The notes below the pieces were generated by a model that was given only the letters and a program-made list of their open reading frames with translations, was not told the origin of the DNA and searched no databases. A stretch of 64,000 nucleotides of DNA from an uncultured Chloroflexia bacterium (GTDB taxonomy: Bacteria; Chloroflexota; Limnocylindria; QHBO01): assembly GCA_963716585.1 (NCBI GenBank), contig CAVQTN010000004.1, positions 371,993 to 435,992 of the forward strand, read 5' to 3'. Positions 41,597 through 51,143 of this stretch are shown here, piece after piece. How positions within the stretch are numbered: the stretch's first letter is position 1; every line of letters starts with the position of its first letter. Position numbers and translations under genes: made by a program.

Positions 41597-42628
41597 TCAC
41601 CCCCGAACGATAGCCGCGCGACGTCGCTCGTCCCCCCGCAACCGTCGCGCGGCAGGCAGCCAGATGACGCCCGCGCCGAGCTGCAGCGCCACCCACAGGA
41701 GCACGAGCAGGCCCGGACCGCCCAACACGGCCGCCGGCACGAACCACAGCTGCGACAGGTCGAGTCCGTTCAGGATCTGGACGTCGAGCGAGTCCTTGCT
41801 TCCAGCGTCATGCGTCCGCAGGCCGAGACCGCCCGGACCGATGGCGACCTGCGCCCCACCGCTGTCCTCCGATGGAGCTCGTCCAGCCGGCGCAACGGGC
41901 TGCACATCCGGAGACTGCGACGGCTCGCCGAGGGAGCGCTTCGGCGCAGGGGTCGTTGGCGGTGCTGACGAGGGCAGCAAGGCGACGACGGCAGGGCTGG
42001 CTGCCGGTTCCGAGGTCCGCGTCGCTGGAGGAGACGGCGTTGGCACCGGCCGTGGCGTCGCGGTTGGCCGCTGAGTCGGCTTGGGGGTGGCGCTCGGCTC
42101 GGGGCTCGGGGACGCTGTCGGGGTCGGACTCGGCGTCACGGGAGCGCCGGTGACAAGGACGACCGGCGGAACACCGAGCAACGAGCTCGAGCCACCGCAA
42201 TCCTTCTGCTCGTAGGCATGTGACGTCCAGGTGAGATTGCCGGCGCTGCGCGCTCGAGCCGTGATCCAGAACCGCACGGACTCGCCGAGTAGCTCCAATC
42301 GGCCTCCTCCGGAGTCAGTGAAGACCCGAACGCGGTTCCCGCTCTGCGATGCTCGCCAGGTCTTGCCGTTCGACGCCGTTCCGACCGATGCGCCCAGGAC
42401 ATCGAAGTTCACCGGCACATCGACGATGATGCATTCGATCCGACCGCCGAGCAGATCGCCGTTTGTGGCATCAAGCGTGAACTGCGTCGAAACGCCCGTC
42501 GAGACCGCCGTCGGCGATGCGACCAGGCTCCACAGCAGCGCGACGTTGGCTGCTCTGACCGGCATCGCCAGGAGCAGAGCCGGGACCAGCAGCGCCGCGG
42601 CGCCGGCGGCGCACCAGTGGCGCATCAT
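41597..42628 (-). CDS. Secreted/surface protein: signal peptide, beta-rich domain, Pro/Thr linker, C-terminal membrane anchor
   Basis: Hydrophobic N-terminus ending ...PVRA, a TPSPTPTASPSPEP linker, and WFVPAAVLGGPGLLVLLWVALQLGAGVIWLPAARRLRG; TGATG overlap with the upstream gene. Confidence 0.78.
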   Translation of the reverse strand: MMRHWCAAGAAALLVPALLLAMPVRAANVALLWSLVASPTAVSTGVSTQFTLDATNGDLLGGRIECIIVDVPVNFDVLGASVGTASNGKTWRASQSGNRVRVFTDSGGGRLELLGESVRFWITARARSAGNLTWTSHAYEQKDCGGSSSLLGVPPVVLVTGAPVTPSPTPTASPSPEPSATPKPTQRPTATPRPVPTPSPPATRTSEPAASPAVVALLPSSAPPTTPAPKRSLGEPSQSPDVQPVAPAGRAPSEDSGGAQVAIGPGGLGLRTHDAGSKDSLDVQILNGLDLSQLWFVPAAVLGGPGLLVLLWVALQLGAGVIWLPAARRLRGDERRRAAIVRG

Positions 42629-44466
42629 CAGGCCACCTTCGCGGCCGGGTGCCAGATCAGGTTGGACGGCTCGCCGGGCATCGGCGCATCCGCCGCCGTC
42701 TCGATGCCGGTGATGAAGGTCGCAACCAGCTCCTCCTGGAGCTGGCTCCCCGCGGCATCGCCGAGGCGCTTGAGCGCCTCCTCGACGGGGAGCGCCTTGC
42801 GGTACGGGCGGGTGGTGGTCATGGCGCTGAATGCGTCAGCCACCGCCATGATGCGGCCGACGAGGGGGATCGCCTCGCCCTCCAGGCCCTCGAGATAGCC
42901 GTGACCGTCCCAGCGCTCGTGGTGGTGGCGGATGCCGGCGCGCACCATCTCGAGGTTCGGCACGTCGCGCACGATGGAGTCGCCCAAGGCGACGTGCTGC
43001 TTGAAGACGTCGAACTCCTGGGCGGTCAGCTTGCTCGGCTTGCGCAGCAGCGTGTCGGGGATGCCGATCTTGCCGATGTCGTGCAGCAGGCCGGACAGTC
43101 GGATCGTCCCGAGCGTCTCCTCGTCGAGCCCCAATCGCTGGGCGAGAAAGACCGCATAGCGCGCCACATCCTCGGAGTGTCGCCTGGTGTATCGGTCCTT
43201 GGTGTCGACGGCGATCACCAGGCCCTGGAGGACGTCGAAGCTGCGCGACGCCGTTCGCTCCTCGGCGCGTTGTGCGACGCGCACGCCGTCTCCGCCACTT
43301 GCCTTGGCTTCCTGGAGCGCCACGGCCGCAGCCGCCAGCAGCTCGGTGACGGATGCCGCATGTGCCGGATAACCGGCAATGCCGATGCTGACGCTGACCG
43401 GCAGGCTCTCGGACTCGCCAAAGCGCACGGCGACGTCGGCCAGGCGTTCACGAATGGCGATGAGCGCGGCCTCTGCTTCGGCCACGCCCGCTTCCCGCCA
43501 GATGAGGAGGAACTCGTCCGGGCCGTAGCGTGCCGCCTCGGCGACGTCCTGGCCCGCCAGGATGTCGGCGACGCACAGGAGGACGTCGTCACCAGCCAGA
43601 TGGCCGTGGGTGTCGTTGAGCAGCCTGAAATTGTCGATGTCGAGCAGCGCGATCGCCAGCGGGTCGTCGGCCTCGCGCGTCCGGTCGACCGCGGTCGCGA
43701 GGCTCGACACGATGGCGCCGTGGTTCAGCATCCCGGTCAGCGCATCGCGCCGGGTCGCCTCGACCAGCTGCACCTGCTGGCGTCCGATGCGCACGTGCGC
43801 CGCGCGGAAGATCAGGAAGAGCAACGCGGCGAGGACGGTGGCCGCACCCAGCACCACGATGACGACGTCGCGCTGTGCCTGCTCGACTCGGGCCAGCAGT
43901 GGGGTCGCGTCGCGCCACACCGCCATCACGGCGCGCGTCGCGTGCGCTTCGTCGACGATCGGCAGGTATTCGCGAAGCACCGAGTTGGCGGCCAGCGGCG
44001 GGCCGGCGACGTCATCGTTCGCCGTGTCGGAGAGCAGCGCAGTGGGCAGCTGCTGATCCACGGCCCGGTGCATCTCGCCCGAAACAGACTGCTCCGCGCC
44101 GACGGCCCCTGGTTCGCTGGCGAACAGGACCACACCGGCCGGAGAACGCACTTCGACCCGCAGGATCGCATCCTGGCGCGTCAGGGCTGCCAGCTTCGAG
44201 CCGAGCTCGGCCGTGCGCGCCGCGCCCGGGCCGGGCGCTCCCAGGTCGTCGCTCCTGAGGTTGCCGTTCACGAACAGCTCGACGAGTGAGGCGTCGCGCT
44301 CCACGCTGGCGTTCACCGTCGTTTCGGTGAGATGCGAGGACGTGACCGCGACGAGTGCACTTGCGGTGATCCCAATCAGGACCAGGAAGACGCCGAACAC
44401 GAGTACCAGCAGCATGGGGCGCCGGCCGCGAGAGGTCGCATCGGTCTTGCCGTTCGGGCGTCGCAT
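42628..44466 (-). CDS. Membrane-bound GGDEF (degenerate GPDEF) plus HD-GYP protein
   Basis: Two TM helices with an extracytoplasmic loop; RRDALTGMLNHG, LDIDNFRLLNDTHGHLAGD, RYGPDEF; HDIGKIG, HHERWDGHGYL, ADAFSAMTTTRPYR. Confidence 0.92.
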   Translation of the reverse strand: MRRPNGKTDATSRGRRPMLLVLVFGVFLVLIGITASALVAVTSSHLTETTVNASVERDASLVELFVNGNLRSDDLGAPGPGAARTAELGSKLAALTRQDAILRVEVRSPAGVVLFASEPGAVGAEQSVSGEMHRAVDQQLPTALLSDTANDDVAGPPLAANSVLREYLPIVDEAHATRAVMAVWRDATPLLARVEQAQRDVVIVVLGAATVLAALLFLIFRAAHVRIGRQQVQLVEATRRDALTGMLNHGAIVSSLATAVDRTREADDPLAIALLDIDNFRLLNDTHGHLAGDDVLLCVADILAGQDVAEAARYGPDEFLLIWREAGVAEAEAALIAIRERLADVAVRFGESESLPVSVSIGIAGYPAHAASVTELLAAAAVALQEAKASGGDGVRVAQRAEERTASRSFDVLQGLVIAVDTKDRYTRRHSEDVARYAVFLAQRLGLDEETLGTIRLSGLLHDIGKIGIPDTLLRKPSKLTAQEFDVFKQHVALGDSIVRDVPNLEMVRAGIRHHHERWDGHGYLEGLEGEAIPLVGRIMAVADAFSAMTTTRPYRKALPVEEALKRLGDAAGSQLQEELVATFITGIETAADAPMPGEPSNLIWHPAAKVA

Positions 44467-44674
44467 GGTCCGTGCAGGCTAGGCGGGCGATCATGGTGGG
44501 TCGATAGGAGAAACGACTGGCATCGCACGTCCTCGTCACCGGATTCCATGCAAATTGGCGCGAGGGCGGTGGAGTGCAGTACTGCCAGCGTACCGATGGC
44601 TGGCCGGAGTCGAGGACGCATTGCCCAGGCGGCGTCCGAGGACCACCACGCCGGCCTCCGCTAGACTTGCGTGC

Positions 44675-45721
44675 ATGTCGCAGCCCGATTTCTCCGGCCT
44701 TGGCGAGCTGAGCGTCGTCCAGCCAGCCGCCGGGCATCACGGCGGGCCGTCGGACGTGATGTACCCAGGCGGTCCACAGACCGATGGCGGCCTGCTCGCC
44801 CCCGGCGACCCGCTTCCGGAGAACGCCGGGCCGGGCGGGCGGCGTCCGGAGTGGCTGAAGGTTCGCATCGGGGCAGGATCGACCTATGCCGGGCTGAAGC
44901 ACCTCATGCGCGACGAGGGCCTGAACACCGTCTGCGAGGAGGCGCGCTGCCCGAACATCGGTGAATGCTGGACCCTCGGCACCGCGACCTTCATGGTCCT
45001 CGGCAGCGTCTGCACCCGGAACTGCGGCTTCTGCGCCATCGCCACCGGGCGGCCGCCGACCACCGACTGGGACGAGCCGCGCCGCGTGGCCGAGGCGACG
45101 CGGCGAATGGGTCTGCAGCACGTGGTGATCACCATGGTCGCACGCGACGACCTGCCCGACGGCGGCGCCGGCATCATCGCCGAGACGATCCGCCAGATCC
45201 GGCTCGAGAACCCCGCCACCAGCATCGAGGTGCTGATCAGCGACCTGAACGGCCACGAGGCGGACATCCGTACCGTGGTCGAGGCCCAGCCCGAGATCCT
45301 CAACCACAACGTCGAGACGGTGCCGCGCCTGCAGAAGCCGGTCCGCCGCCGCGCGCGCTGGGACCGCAGCGTGGGCGTGCTGACCACCGGTCGCGCCATC
45401 GCCGACGAGATCGGCTTCGACTCGATGGTCACCAAGACGGGCATGATGCTCGGCCTGGGAGAGACCTGGGACGAGGTCACCGATGCGATGCAGCTGCTCG
45501 TCGAGGCCGGCGTGAACGTGCTGACCATCGGCCAGTACCTGCGGCCCTCGCGCCAGCATCTGCCGCTGGTGAAGTACTACACCCCGGCCGAGTTCATGGC
45601 ACTCCGCCGCATCGGGCTCGAGCTGGGCTTCGCCCACGTCCAGTCCGGGCCGCTCGTGCGCTCCTCGTACCACGCAGCGGAGCAGGTCCCCGGAGCGTCG
45701 ACGGCTGCCGCCGCGAGCTAA
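44675..45721 (+). CDS. lipA: Lipoyl synthase
   Basis: CEEARCPNIGEC auxiliary cluster motif, CTRNCGFC radical-SAM motif, NHNVETV, RSSYHA; TAGACT-7nt-ATG start. Confidence 0.96.
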   Translation: MSQPDFSGLGELSVVQPAAGHHGGPSDVMYPGGPQTDGGLLAPGDPLPENAGPGGRRPEWLKVRIGAGSTYAGLKHLMRDEGLNTVCEEARCPNIGECWTLGTATFMVLGSVCTRNCGFCAIATGRPPTTDWDEPRRVAEATRRMGLQHVVITMVARDDLPDGGAGIIAETIRQIRLENPATSIEVLISDLNGHEADIRTVVEAQPEILNHNVETVPRLQKPVRRRARWDRSVGVLTTGRAIADEIGFDSMVTKTGMMLGLGETWDEVTDAMQLLVEAGVNVLTIGQYLRPSRQHLPLVKYYTPAEFMALRRIGLELGFAHVQSGPLVRSSYHAAEQVPGASTAAAAS

Positions 45722-45728
45722 CGGACCG

Positions 45729-46560
45729 ATGCGCACCTCGGCCGCCACCTCGCCGATGCGCGACATCAGCATTGCGCCGTCGGAAACCGAAACGGCCGCT
45801 CTACGCCGGCCGCGCCGCGACCTGCCGTATCGCCCGGCGAGCGAGGAGCATCCGCTCCTCGCCGCGCACGGTGGGATGCTGACCGTTGAGCGGCTGGGCA
45901 CCGTCCCCTACGAGCCGACCTGGGAGCTGCAGGACGAGCTCGCCGATCAGCGTCGCGGGCGGCGTATCGGTGACCGGCTGCTCCTTCTCGAGCACTTCCC
46001 GGTCTACACCATCGGCCGCGGAGGCGATCAGGCGAACCTGCTGGCGACGCCCGAGCGCCTGCGCGAGCTGGGCGCCGAGTTCGTGCGCATCGATCGCGGC
46101 GGCGACATCACCTTCCATGGGCCGGGGCAACTGGTCGCCTACCCGATCGTCGAGCTGAAGGAGGCGCTCAACCTGCGGCGCTACGTCCGCTCCCTGGAGG
46201 AGGCGGTCATCGCCACCGCGGCCAGCGTTCGACGTCGAAGCGGGACGCGTCGACGGGCTGACCGGCGTCTGGGTCGACGACTCGCGCAAGCTGGCGGCGA
46301 TCGGCGTCCGCGTGCGGCGTGGGGTGACGACCCACGGGCTGGCCATCAACGTCAACACCAACCTGCGCTGGTTCGACGAGATGGTGCCCTGCGGCATCCG
46401 CGACAAGGGCGTGACCTCGCTGACGGCGGAGCTCGGCCACCCGGTCGAGATGGAGGCGGTGGAATCGGCTCTGGCCGAGGAGCTTGCGGCGGCGTTCGGC
46501 CTGCGGCTGGCCGATGGGCTGCCCGGTATCCTCGGTCCTGCCGGCGCGATCGAACAATGA
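45729..46560 (+). CDS. lipB: Octanoyltransferase LipB, one extra base near 46224
   Basis: LLLLEHFPVYTIG, DRGGDITFHGPGQLVAYPI, then TGVWV...KLAAIGV...THGLAINV...VPCGI in the shifted frame; start uncertain. Confidence 0.92.
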
Positions 46561-47255
46561 GCGAGCCGGTCATCGAGCGGGCGCGCGCATCGGCCGATCC
46601 AGCCCATGCGGTTCGCCTCGAGCTCGGCGTCTTCGGGCCCTGGGAGACGAACGCCTACCTCGTCTGGGACGGCCGGTCGACCGAGGCACTGGTCCTGGAT
46701 CCGGGCATGGGGGCCGCCGAGCCGCTCATGCAACGCGTGCGCGGCGCCGGCCTGCGGGTGCACCTGATCGCCGATTCGCACGGCCACATTGACCATGTCT
46801 TCGACAACGCCCCGCTGAAGCGAGCATCCGGCGCCCCGCTGGCCATTCATCCGGACGACGAGTACAGGTTGAGCGGCTCAAATAGCTATGGGTTCGAAGT
46901 CGAGCCTTCCACAGCCGATCGCCACCTGCGCGAGGGCGAGCAGCTGCACATCGGCGACCTCGTCTTCGACGTGCTCCACACCCCGGGCCACACCGAGGGC
47001 TCGGTCTGCCTCTACGAGGAGCGGCTGGCACTGCTGCTCAGCGGCGACACGCTCTTCCCCCGCGGCTGGGGCCGCACCGACCTCCCCGGCGGCAGCGATG
47101 AGCAGATGGTCGCATCGCTGGCGCGGTTGGCCCGCGACATCGCGCCCGGCGCCCGAGTGCTGCCGGGCCATGGGGCGGAGACGACGATCGAGCGCGAGCT
47201 GGCGTGGATGCGGCGCGTCGCCGAGACGGGTCGCCTGATCCTGCCCGGCGCCTAA
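46557..47255 (+). CDS. MBL-fold metallo-hydrolase (glyoxalase II/YcbL-like)
   Basis: SHGHIDH, HTPGHTEGS, SGDTLF...GRTDLPGG, LPGHG; ATGA overlap with lipB. Confidence 0.92.
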   Translation: MSEPVIERARASADPAHAVRLELGVFGPWETNAYLVWDGRSTEALVLDPGMGAAEPLMQRVRGAGLRVHLIADSHGHIDHVFDNAPLKRASGAPLAIHPDDEYRLSGSNSYGFEVEPSTADRHLREGEQLHIGDLVFDVLHTPGHTEGSVCLYEERLALLLSGDTLFPRGWGRTDLPGGSDEQMVASLARLARDIAPGARVLPGHGAETTIERELAWMRRVAETGRLILPGA

Positions 47256-47521
47256 GTCGTGGTGCGTCGCCTGCGGCCGCGCGCCGTGCCGGGCGGGGGG
47301 CCGCGACCGTGTCCGATGTCTACCGCGGCTTGCGTCGCCGGCCCAGCCGAGTTCGGTCACGCGCGCCACCAGCAGCCGCCGCGTCCCAAAGACGCTGGTC
47401 TCTAGCAGCAGCCCTGTCGGCCTCATGTCGGTCCGGAGCTTGAGCAACTCCCGCAACCGCGCACGGAAGATCCGTCAACAACGTGTCTCGGAACTAGTGC
47501 TAGGTCAGCGTTGGCCTTGGT

Positions 47522-47969
47522 TCACGGCACATACGAGGTGAAGTCGACGTCGGCAAAGTACCAACTGTCGCCGTCGCGTGTGGTAACGACAAGAAGATTG
47601 CGATATTTCGGACTGGCAGGACCAAGCCCAAGGGGCGTATAAGCAGGAATCTCACAGATGTCTCCCTTGAAGGCCGCGGCAACCAGCGGGCCATCATGTA
47701 GCGGGCCATGGGCATCCATGATTTCCGGCGTGATGCCAAGCGCCGGGAAGTGTTTGAATATGCTCGCGCCGTCTGGTAGGTCCAGAACGGTGAAAGCTTG
47801 GGCCGGGAGACCCGAGCACGACGTGAAGCCAAAACCCGCATCGGTGGGAGCCGCCGCGGCGGTTGCTTCCGACGCCCCGCAACGAGCCCGCAACGACCAG
47901 CACCAGGAGCGCGAGCCTGAGCCTGTGCCAACTCACCGTAGGCGGCTTTTCACGTCGTCTTTCTACCAC
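47522..47969 (-). pseudogene. Possible frameshifted exported protein or lipoprotein with atypical low-GC codon usage
   Basis: A hydrophobic LALLVLVVAGS segment in one frame can join CGASEATAAAAPT...DFTSYVP in the adjacent frame near 47880; many A/T third positions. Confidence 0.35.
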
Positions 47970-48553
47970 GACGTGCCTCGGTCGGCTACATGTTGGGACG
48001 GATTTGAAGACCTGCTAGTCGTATTGCGCGTCGCGGCTCGATCTACTGGAACGGCGTCGCACCGGGCGGCGGGGTAACGAGGGCCATGTCCGGGCGGATC
48101 GAGCCATCAGCCAGCCGGAACAGGTTGAGGAAGGCGTGTGAACTCGTCCGGAAGCTGACGACCGCGGTCGTGATCTCCGCGTGCCGTCCGGAACCGCGAT
48201 GCTCCCGCAGGGCATGGTGTGGAACGGCGCCCAGATGCACATCGCGTCAAGCCGGAACTTGATGCGAGTGGCGGGATGACCGACCGAGAGCCAGGGCATC
48301 GAGGACGGCCAGCGTCTCACTCACGCAACTGGTGGCCGCGCCCCCGCACCTGACCATCGGAGATTGCTGCGTCCCGTGGAAGGCCCAGTCGGTCAGGACG
48401 GCGCTCTCCGTCTGCGACTCGTCCTGCCGGAGAGCGCAGAACCCGCGCTCCAGCATCGGCGAGCCGATCATCGGGAGCAGCTCGACCGGGTCGCGCGTCA
48501 CCGCGCCATCAAGCGGGACGTGCGCCTGAATGGCTCCAGTTCATACACAGGGC

Positions 48554-49084
48554 CTAAGCGCCGAGCTGCAGGACCGACTCGGTGACGATGTGACCGATCA
48601 GGAATGCGGCGAGCACCATGGCGACCATCCCCACGATCACGTTCGCCGGCAGCGCGCGAACGCGCAGCGCGAGCATCGGTCCATCAACACCACGCTCAAC
48701 GCGCGCATCCAGCAGTGGTAGTGCTGCGAGAACGAATGCTGCCACCGGGGCAAGCACCAGGCCCAGGTCGACGATCCGCGGTCCGGTGAGCCACGTCACG
48801 CCAAAGCCGGCGGCCGACAGCACAACAAAGACAAGCGTCGGCGCCAGGATGACGAGCGCCAGGACGGCAAACGCGAGCGGATGCCGATGGGCGGGTTCAA
48901 AGCGCATGGGCGCACCTCCATTCAGGTGCCGGCGAATCGCACCGGCGGCGAGATCGACGGCGTCGGGCAGGCCCGAATCACCGTCATCGACGAGTGCGTG
49001 CAGCTCTGGCTCGTAACGCACGCGCCACGCCAGTGGGTAGGCGCGAATGGCCCGATGCGCCAGCGCCCGGCCGATACGGCTCAC
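48554..49084 (-). CDS. PadR-associated membrane protein
   Basis: RAYPLAWRVRYEPEL N-terminus typical of PadR partner genes, then 3 TM helices; overlaps the padR stop. Confidence 0.75.
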   Translation of the reverse strand: MSRIGRALAHRAIRAYPLAWRVRYEPELHALVDDGDSGLPDAVDLAAGAIRRHLNGGAPMRFEPAHRHPLAFAVLALVILAPTLVFVVLSAAGFGVTWLTGPRIVDLGLVLAPVAAFVLAALPLLDARVERGVDGPMLALRVRALPANVIVGMVAMVLAAFLIGHIVTESVLQLGA

Positions 49085-49386
49085 GATCGAACCGCCACGC
49101 GCTGCAGGCCGGTGCGAAGCGTCTGCGCCAGGCCGTCAAGGCGACTCGCCAGCAGCGAGCGGCCGCCGTCGGTGAGCCGATACGGACGCCGGCGTCCGGT
49201 CATCGGCAGCGCTTCGACGAGCCCATCGGCCTCAAGGCGCTCGATCGCGCCGTACAGTGTGCCAGGGCCGAGCCGAACGCCGGCGAAGCCCTGGACGTCC
49301 AGCAGGATGGCATGACCGTGGCGCGGTCCGGAAGCGAGGCTCACCAGCACCAGCAGGCCTGGATCATTGGTTCCGAGCTTGGTCAC
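49081..49386 (-). CDS. PadR family transcriptional regulator
   Basis: LASGPRHGHAI...LGPGTLYGAIERLEADGLV...RRPYRLTDGG. Confidence 0.92.
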   Translation of the reverse strand: MTKLGTNDPGLLVLVSLASGPRHGHAILLDVQGFAGVRLGPGTLYGAIERLEADGLVEALPMTGRRRPYRLTDGGRSLLASRLDGLAQTLRTGLQRVAVRS

Positions 49387-49406
49387 CGCTCATCGGTCTC
49401 CGTGCG

Positions 49407-49425
49407 TACTACGTCCCACGTAGTA
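49407..49425. promoter_or_regulatory. Perfect 8-3-8 inverted repeat, candidate PadR operator
   Basis: TACTACGT-ccc-ACGTAGTA, 20 bp upstream of padR, between divergent genes. Confidence 0.6.
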
Positions 49426-49498
49426 TCGTGGCTCTGTCAAGTCCGCCAGCTGCGACTAGCATCCAGGCAATCCGACGAACGACCGAGGAGGCAGCGAC

Positions 49499-50206
49499 GT
49501 GGCAAACCTGCAGATCACCTGGCTGGGACACGGGGGCGTGCTGTATCGGTCTCCGGGTGAGAAGTGGCTGTGGGTCGACCGATGGACCGGCGCTCCAACC
49601 TACGCCGAGGCCTACCGGACTCCCGAGCGGGTCGACATCATCGCGCCGACGCACGGCCACTTCGATCACGTCGGTGAGAACTGCAAGGACGTCGTCGAGC
49701 TGGCGGAGGCCGGCGGCCAGGTGGTGTGCAGCCACGAGATGAGCCTCTATCTCGCTGTCAATGGCATCGAGGCGGTCGGTATGAACAAGGGCGGCAGCTT
49801 CGAGGCGGCCGGGATCAAGCTGACGATGCTGCACGCCGACCACACCGGCGGCATCACGATCACCGGCGGCGAGGCGGAGGCGACGCGCGAAGTTGGCTGC
49901 TGGGGCTGGCTCATCGAGTTCGAGGACGGCAGCCGCGTTTACCACTCCGGCGACACCGACCTGTTCGGCGACATGGCCCTGGTGCGCGAGCGCTGGCAGC
50001 CGTCCATTGCCGTCCTGCCCATCGGCGGGCACTACACCATGGGACCGGCCGACGCGGCGCGCGCGCTGAAGCTGATCGGCGCGCAGACGGTGCTGCCGGT
50101 TCACTGGGGCACGTTCCCCATGCTGGCCGGCCGTCCGGACGATCTGGCCTCACAGACCGATGCCACCGTGCTGCGCCTGCAGCCCGGGGAGACCTGGCAA
50201 GCCTGA
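49499..50206 (+). CDS. Metal-dependent hydrolase (UPF0173, MBL fold)
   Basis: ITWLGHGG, THGHFDH, YHSGDTDLFGDM, LPIGGHYTMGP, PVHWGTFP; RBS GAGGAGG. Confidence 0.92.
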   Translation: MANLQITWLGHGGVLYRSPGEKWLWVDRWTGAPTYAEAYRTPERVDIIAPTHGHFDHVGENCKDVVELAEAGGQVVCSHEMSLYLAVNGIEAVGMNKGGSFEAAGIKLTMLHADHTGGITITGGEAEATREVGCWGWLIEFEDGSRVYHSGDTDLFGDMALVRERWQPSIAVLPIGGHYTMGPADAARALKLIGAQTVLPVHWGTFPMLAGRPDDLASQTDATVLRLQPGETWQA

Positions 50207-50217
50207 TCGCCGCGCGA

Positions 50218-51099
50218 TCAGCGCCGCAGGTACGACAGGTCGAGCGGACGCGGCTTGACGCCGAAGGCGCGTTCGAACGCGTCGAGATCGGTGTAGTTCG
50301 GGCGACCCAGGGACGCGATCTGGTCGTGGCTGACCGGGAAGATGGGCAGCACCTTATCCGTGACGCTGGTCAGGGCACCGATGAGCGGGATGGGCATGCC
50401 AACCTTCAGGCGCCGCATCCGGGTTGCGGACATCACGGCGTCCACGATCTGGCGATAGCTCAGCCAGTCCGGGCCGCCGAGCTCGTAGAGGGAGCCGGAT
50501 CGGTCCGCATCGGTCAATGAATGCTCGACCGCCATGACGAGATCGTCCACGGATAGCGGCTGGAAGCGCGCGTCACCGCGGCCTGGAATGACCACGACGC
50601 CCGGCGACCACCAGCGCAGCGTGGTTCGGACCAGGTTGAAGAAGCCGTCGCCGGTGCCGAACAGCAGTGACGGCCGCAGCACGACCCAGTCCAGCGAGCT
50701 GTTGCGCACCGCCTGCTCGCCGCGCCACTTGGAGTGCAGGTAGGCGAGCTTCGGATCGTCCGCCACGCCGAGGACGGACAGGTGCACCAGCCGCCTCAGC
50801 CCAATGCGCTCGGCGGCCGCGACCACGCGCTGCACGCCCTGCACGTTGACCTCGTCGAAGCGACGGCCGCCGGTTTCGCGCGGGATGGCCACGAGGTGCA
50901 CCGCCGCATCGGCGCCGGCCAGGGCGCTCGCCACGTCGTCGCGGGTGACGTCCGCCGCGCGCGCCTCGACCGCATCGGACCAGTCAGCCGGGCGGCCTCC
51001 GCCGCGCGAGATGGCGATGACCGCGTGGCCGCGCGCGACCAGGTGCGGCACCAGATGGCTGCCCACGAACCCGGTGGCGCCGATGACCGCGACCTTCAT
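50218..51099 (-). CDS. NAD(P)-binding SDR / complex I NDUFA9-like protein
   Basis: VIGATGFVG Rossmann motif, YLHSKWRGE, VLRPSLLFG, FQPLSVDD. Confidence 0.9.
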   Translation of the reverse strand: MKVAVIGATGFVGSHLVPHLVARGHAVIAISRGGGRPADWSDAVEARAADVTRDDVASALAGADAAVHLVAIPRETGGRRFDEVNVQGVQRVVAAAERIGLRRLVHLSVLGVADDPKLAYLHSKWRGEQAVRNSSLDWVVLRPSLLFGTGDGFFNLVRTTLRWWSPGVVVIPGRGDARFQPLSVDDLVMAVEHSLTDADRSGSLYELGGPDWLSYRQIVDAVMSATRMRRLKVGMPIPLIGALTSVTDKVLPIFPVSHDQIASLGRPNYTDLDAFERAFGVKPRPLDLSYLRR

Positions 51100-51105
51100 G
51101 CCACG

Positions 51106-51134
51106 ATGCTGCGCCCATTACGTGCTACTGTCAA
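51106..51134 (-). promoter_or_regulatory. Sigma70-type promoter of the SDR gene (leaderless)
   Basis: TTGACA, 17 nt, CAGCAT, 6 nt, ATG 51099. Confidence 0.6.
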
Positions 51135-51143
51135 GGCGCTCGT

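Noticed and set aside
44470-44670. c-di-GMP or c-di-AMP riboswitch upstream of the HD-GYP gene
   Set aside because: Only scattered short matches; the GNRA tetraloop/receptor and P1-P2 pairing could not be built by eye. An Rfam scan would settle it.
48015-48501. Individual short ORFs 48015-48320, 48043-48240 and 48247-48501 as genes
   Set aside because: No RBS or -10 support, no motifs, and overlapping frames. Treated only as part of the atypical patch.
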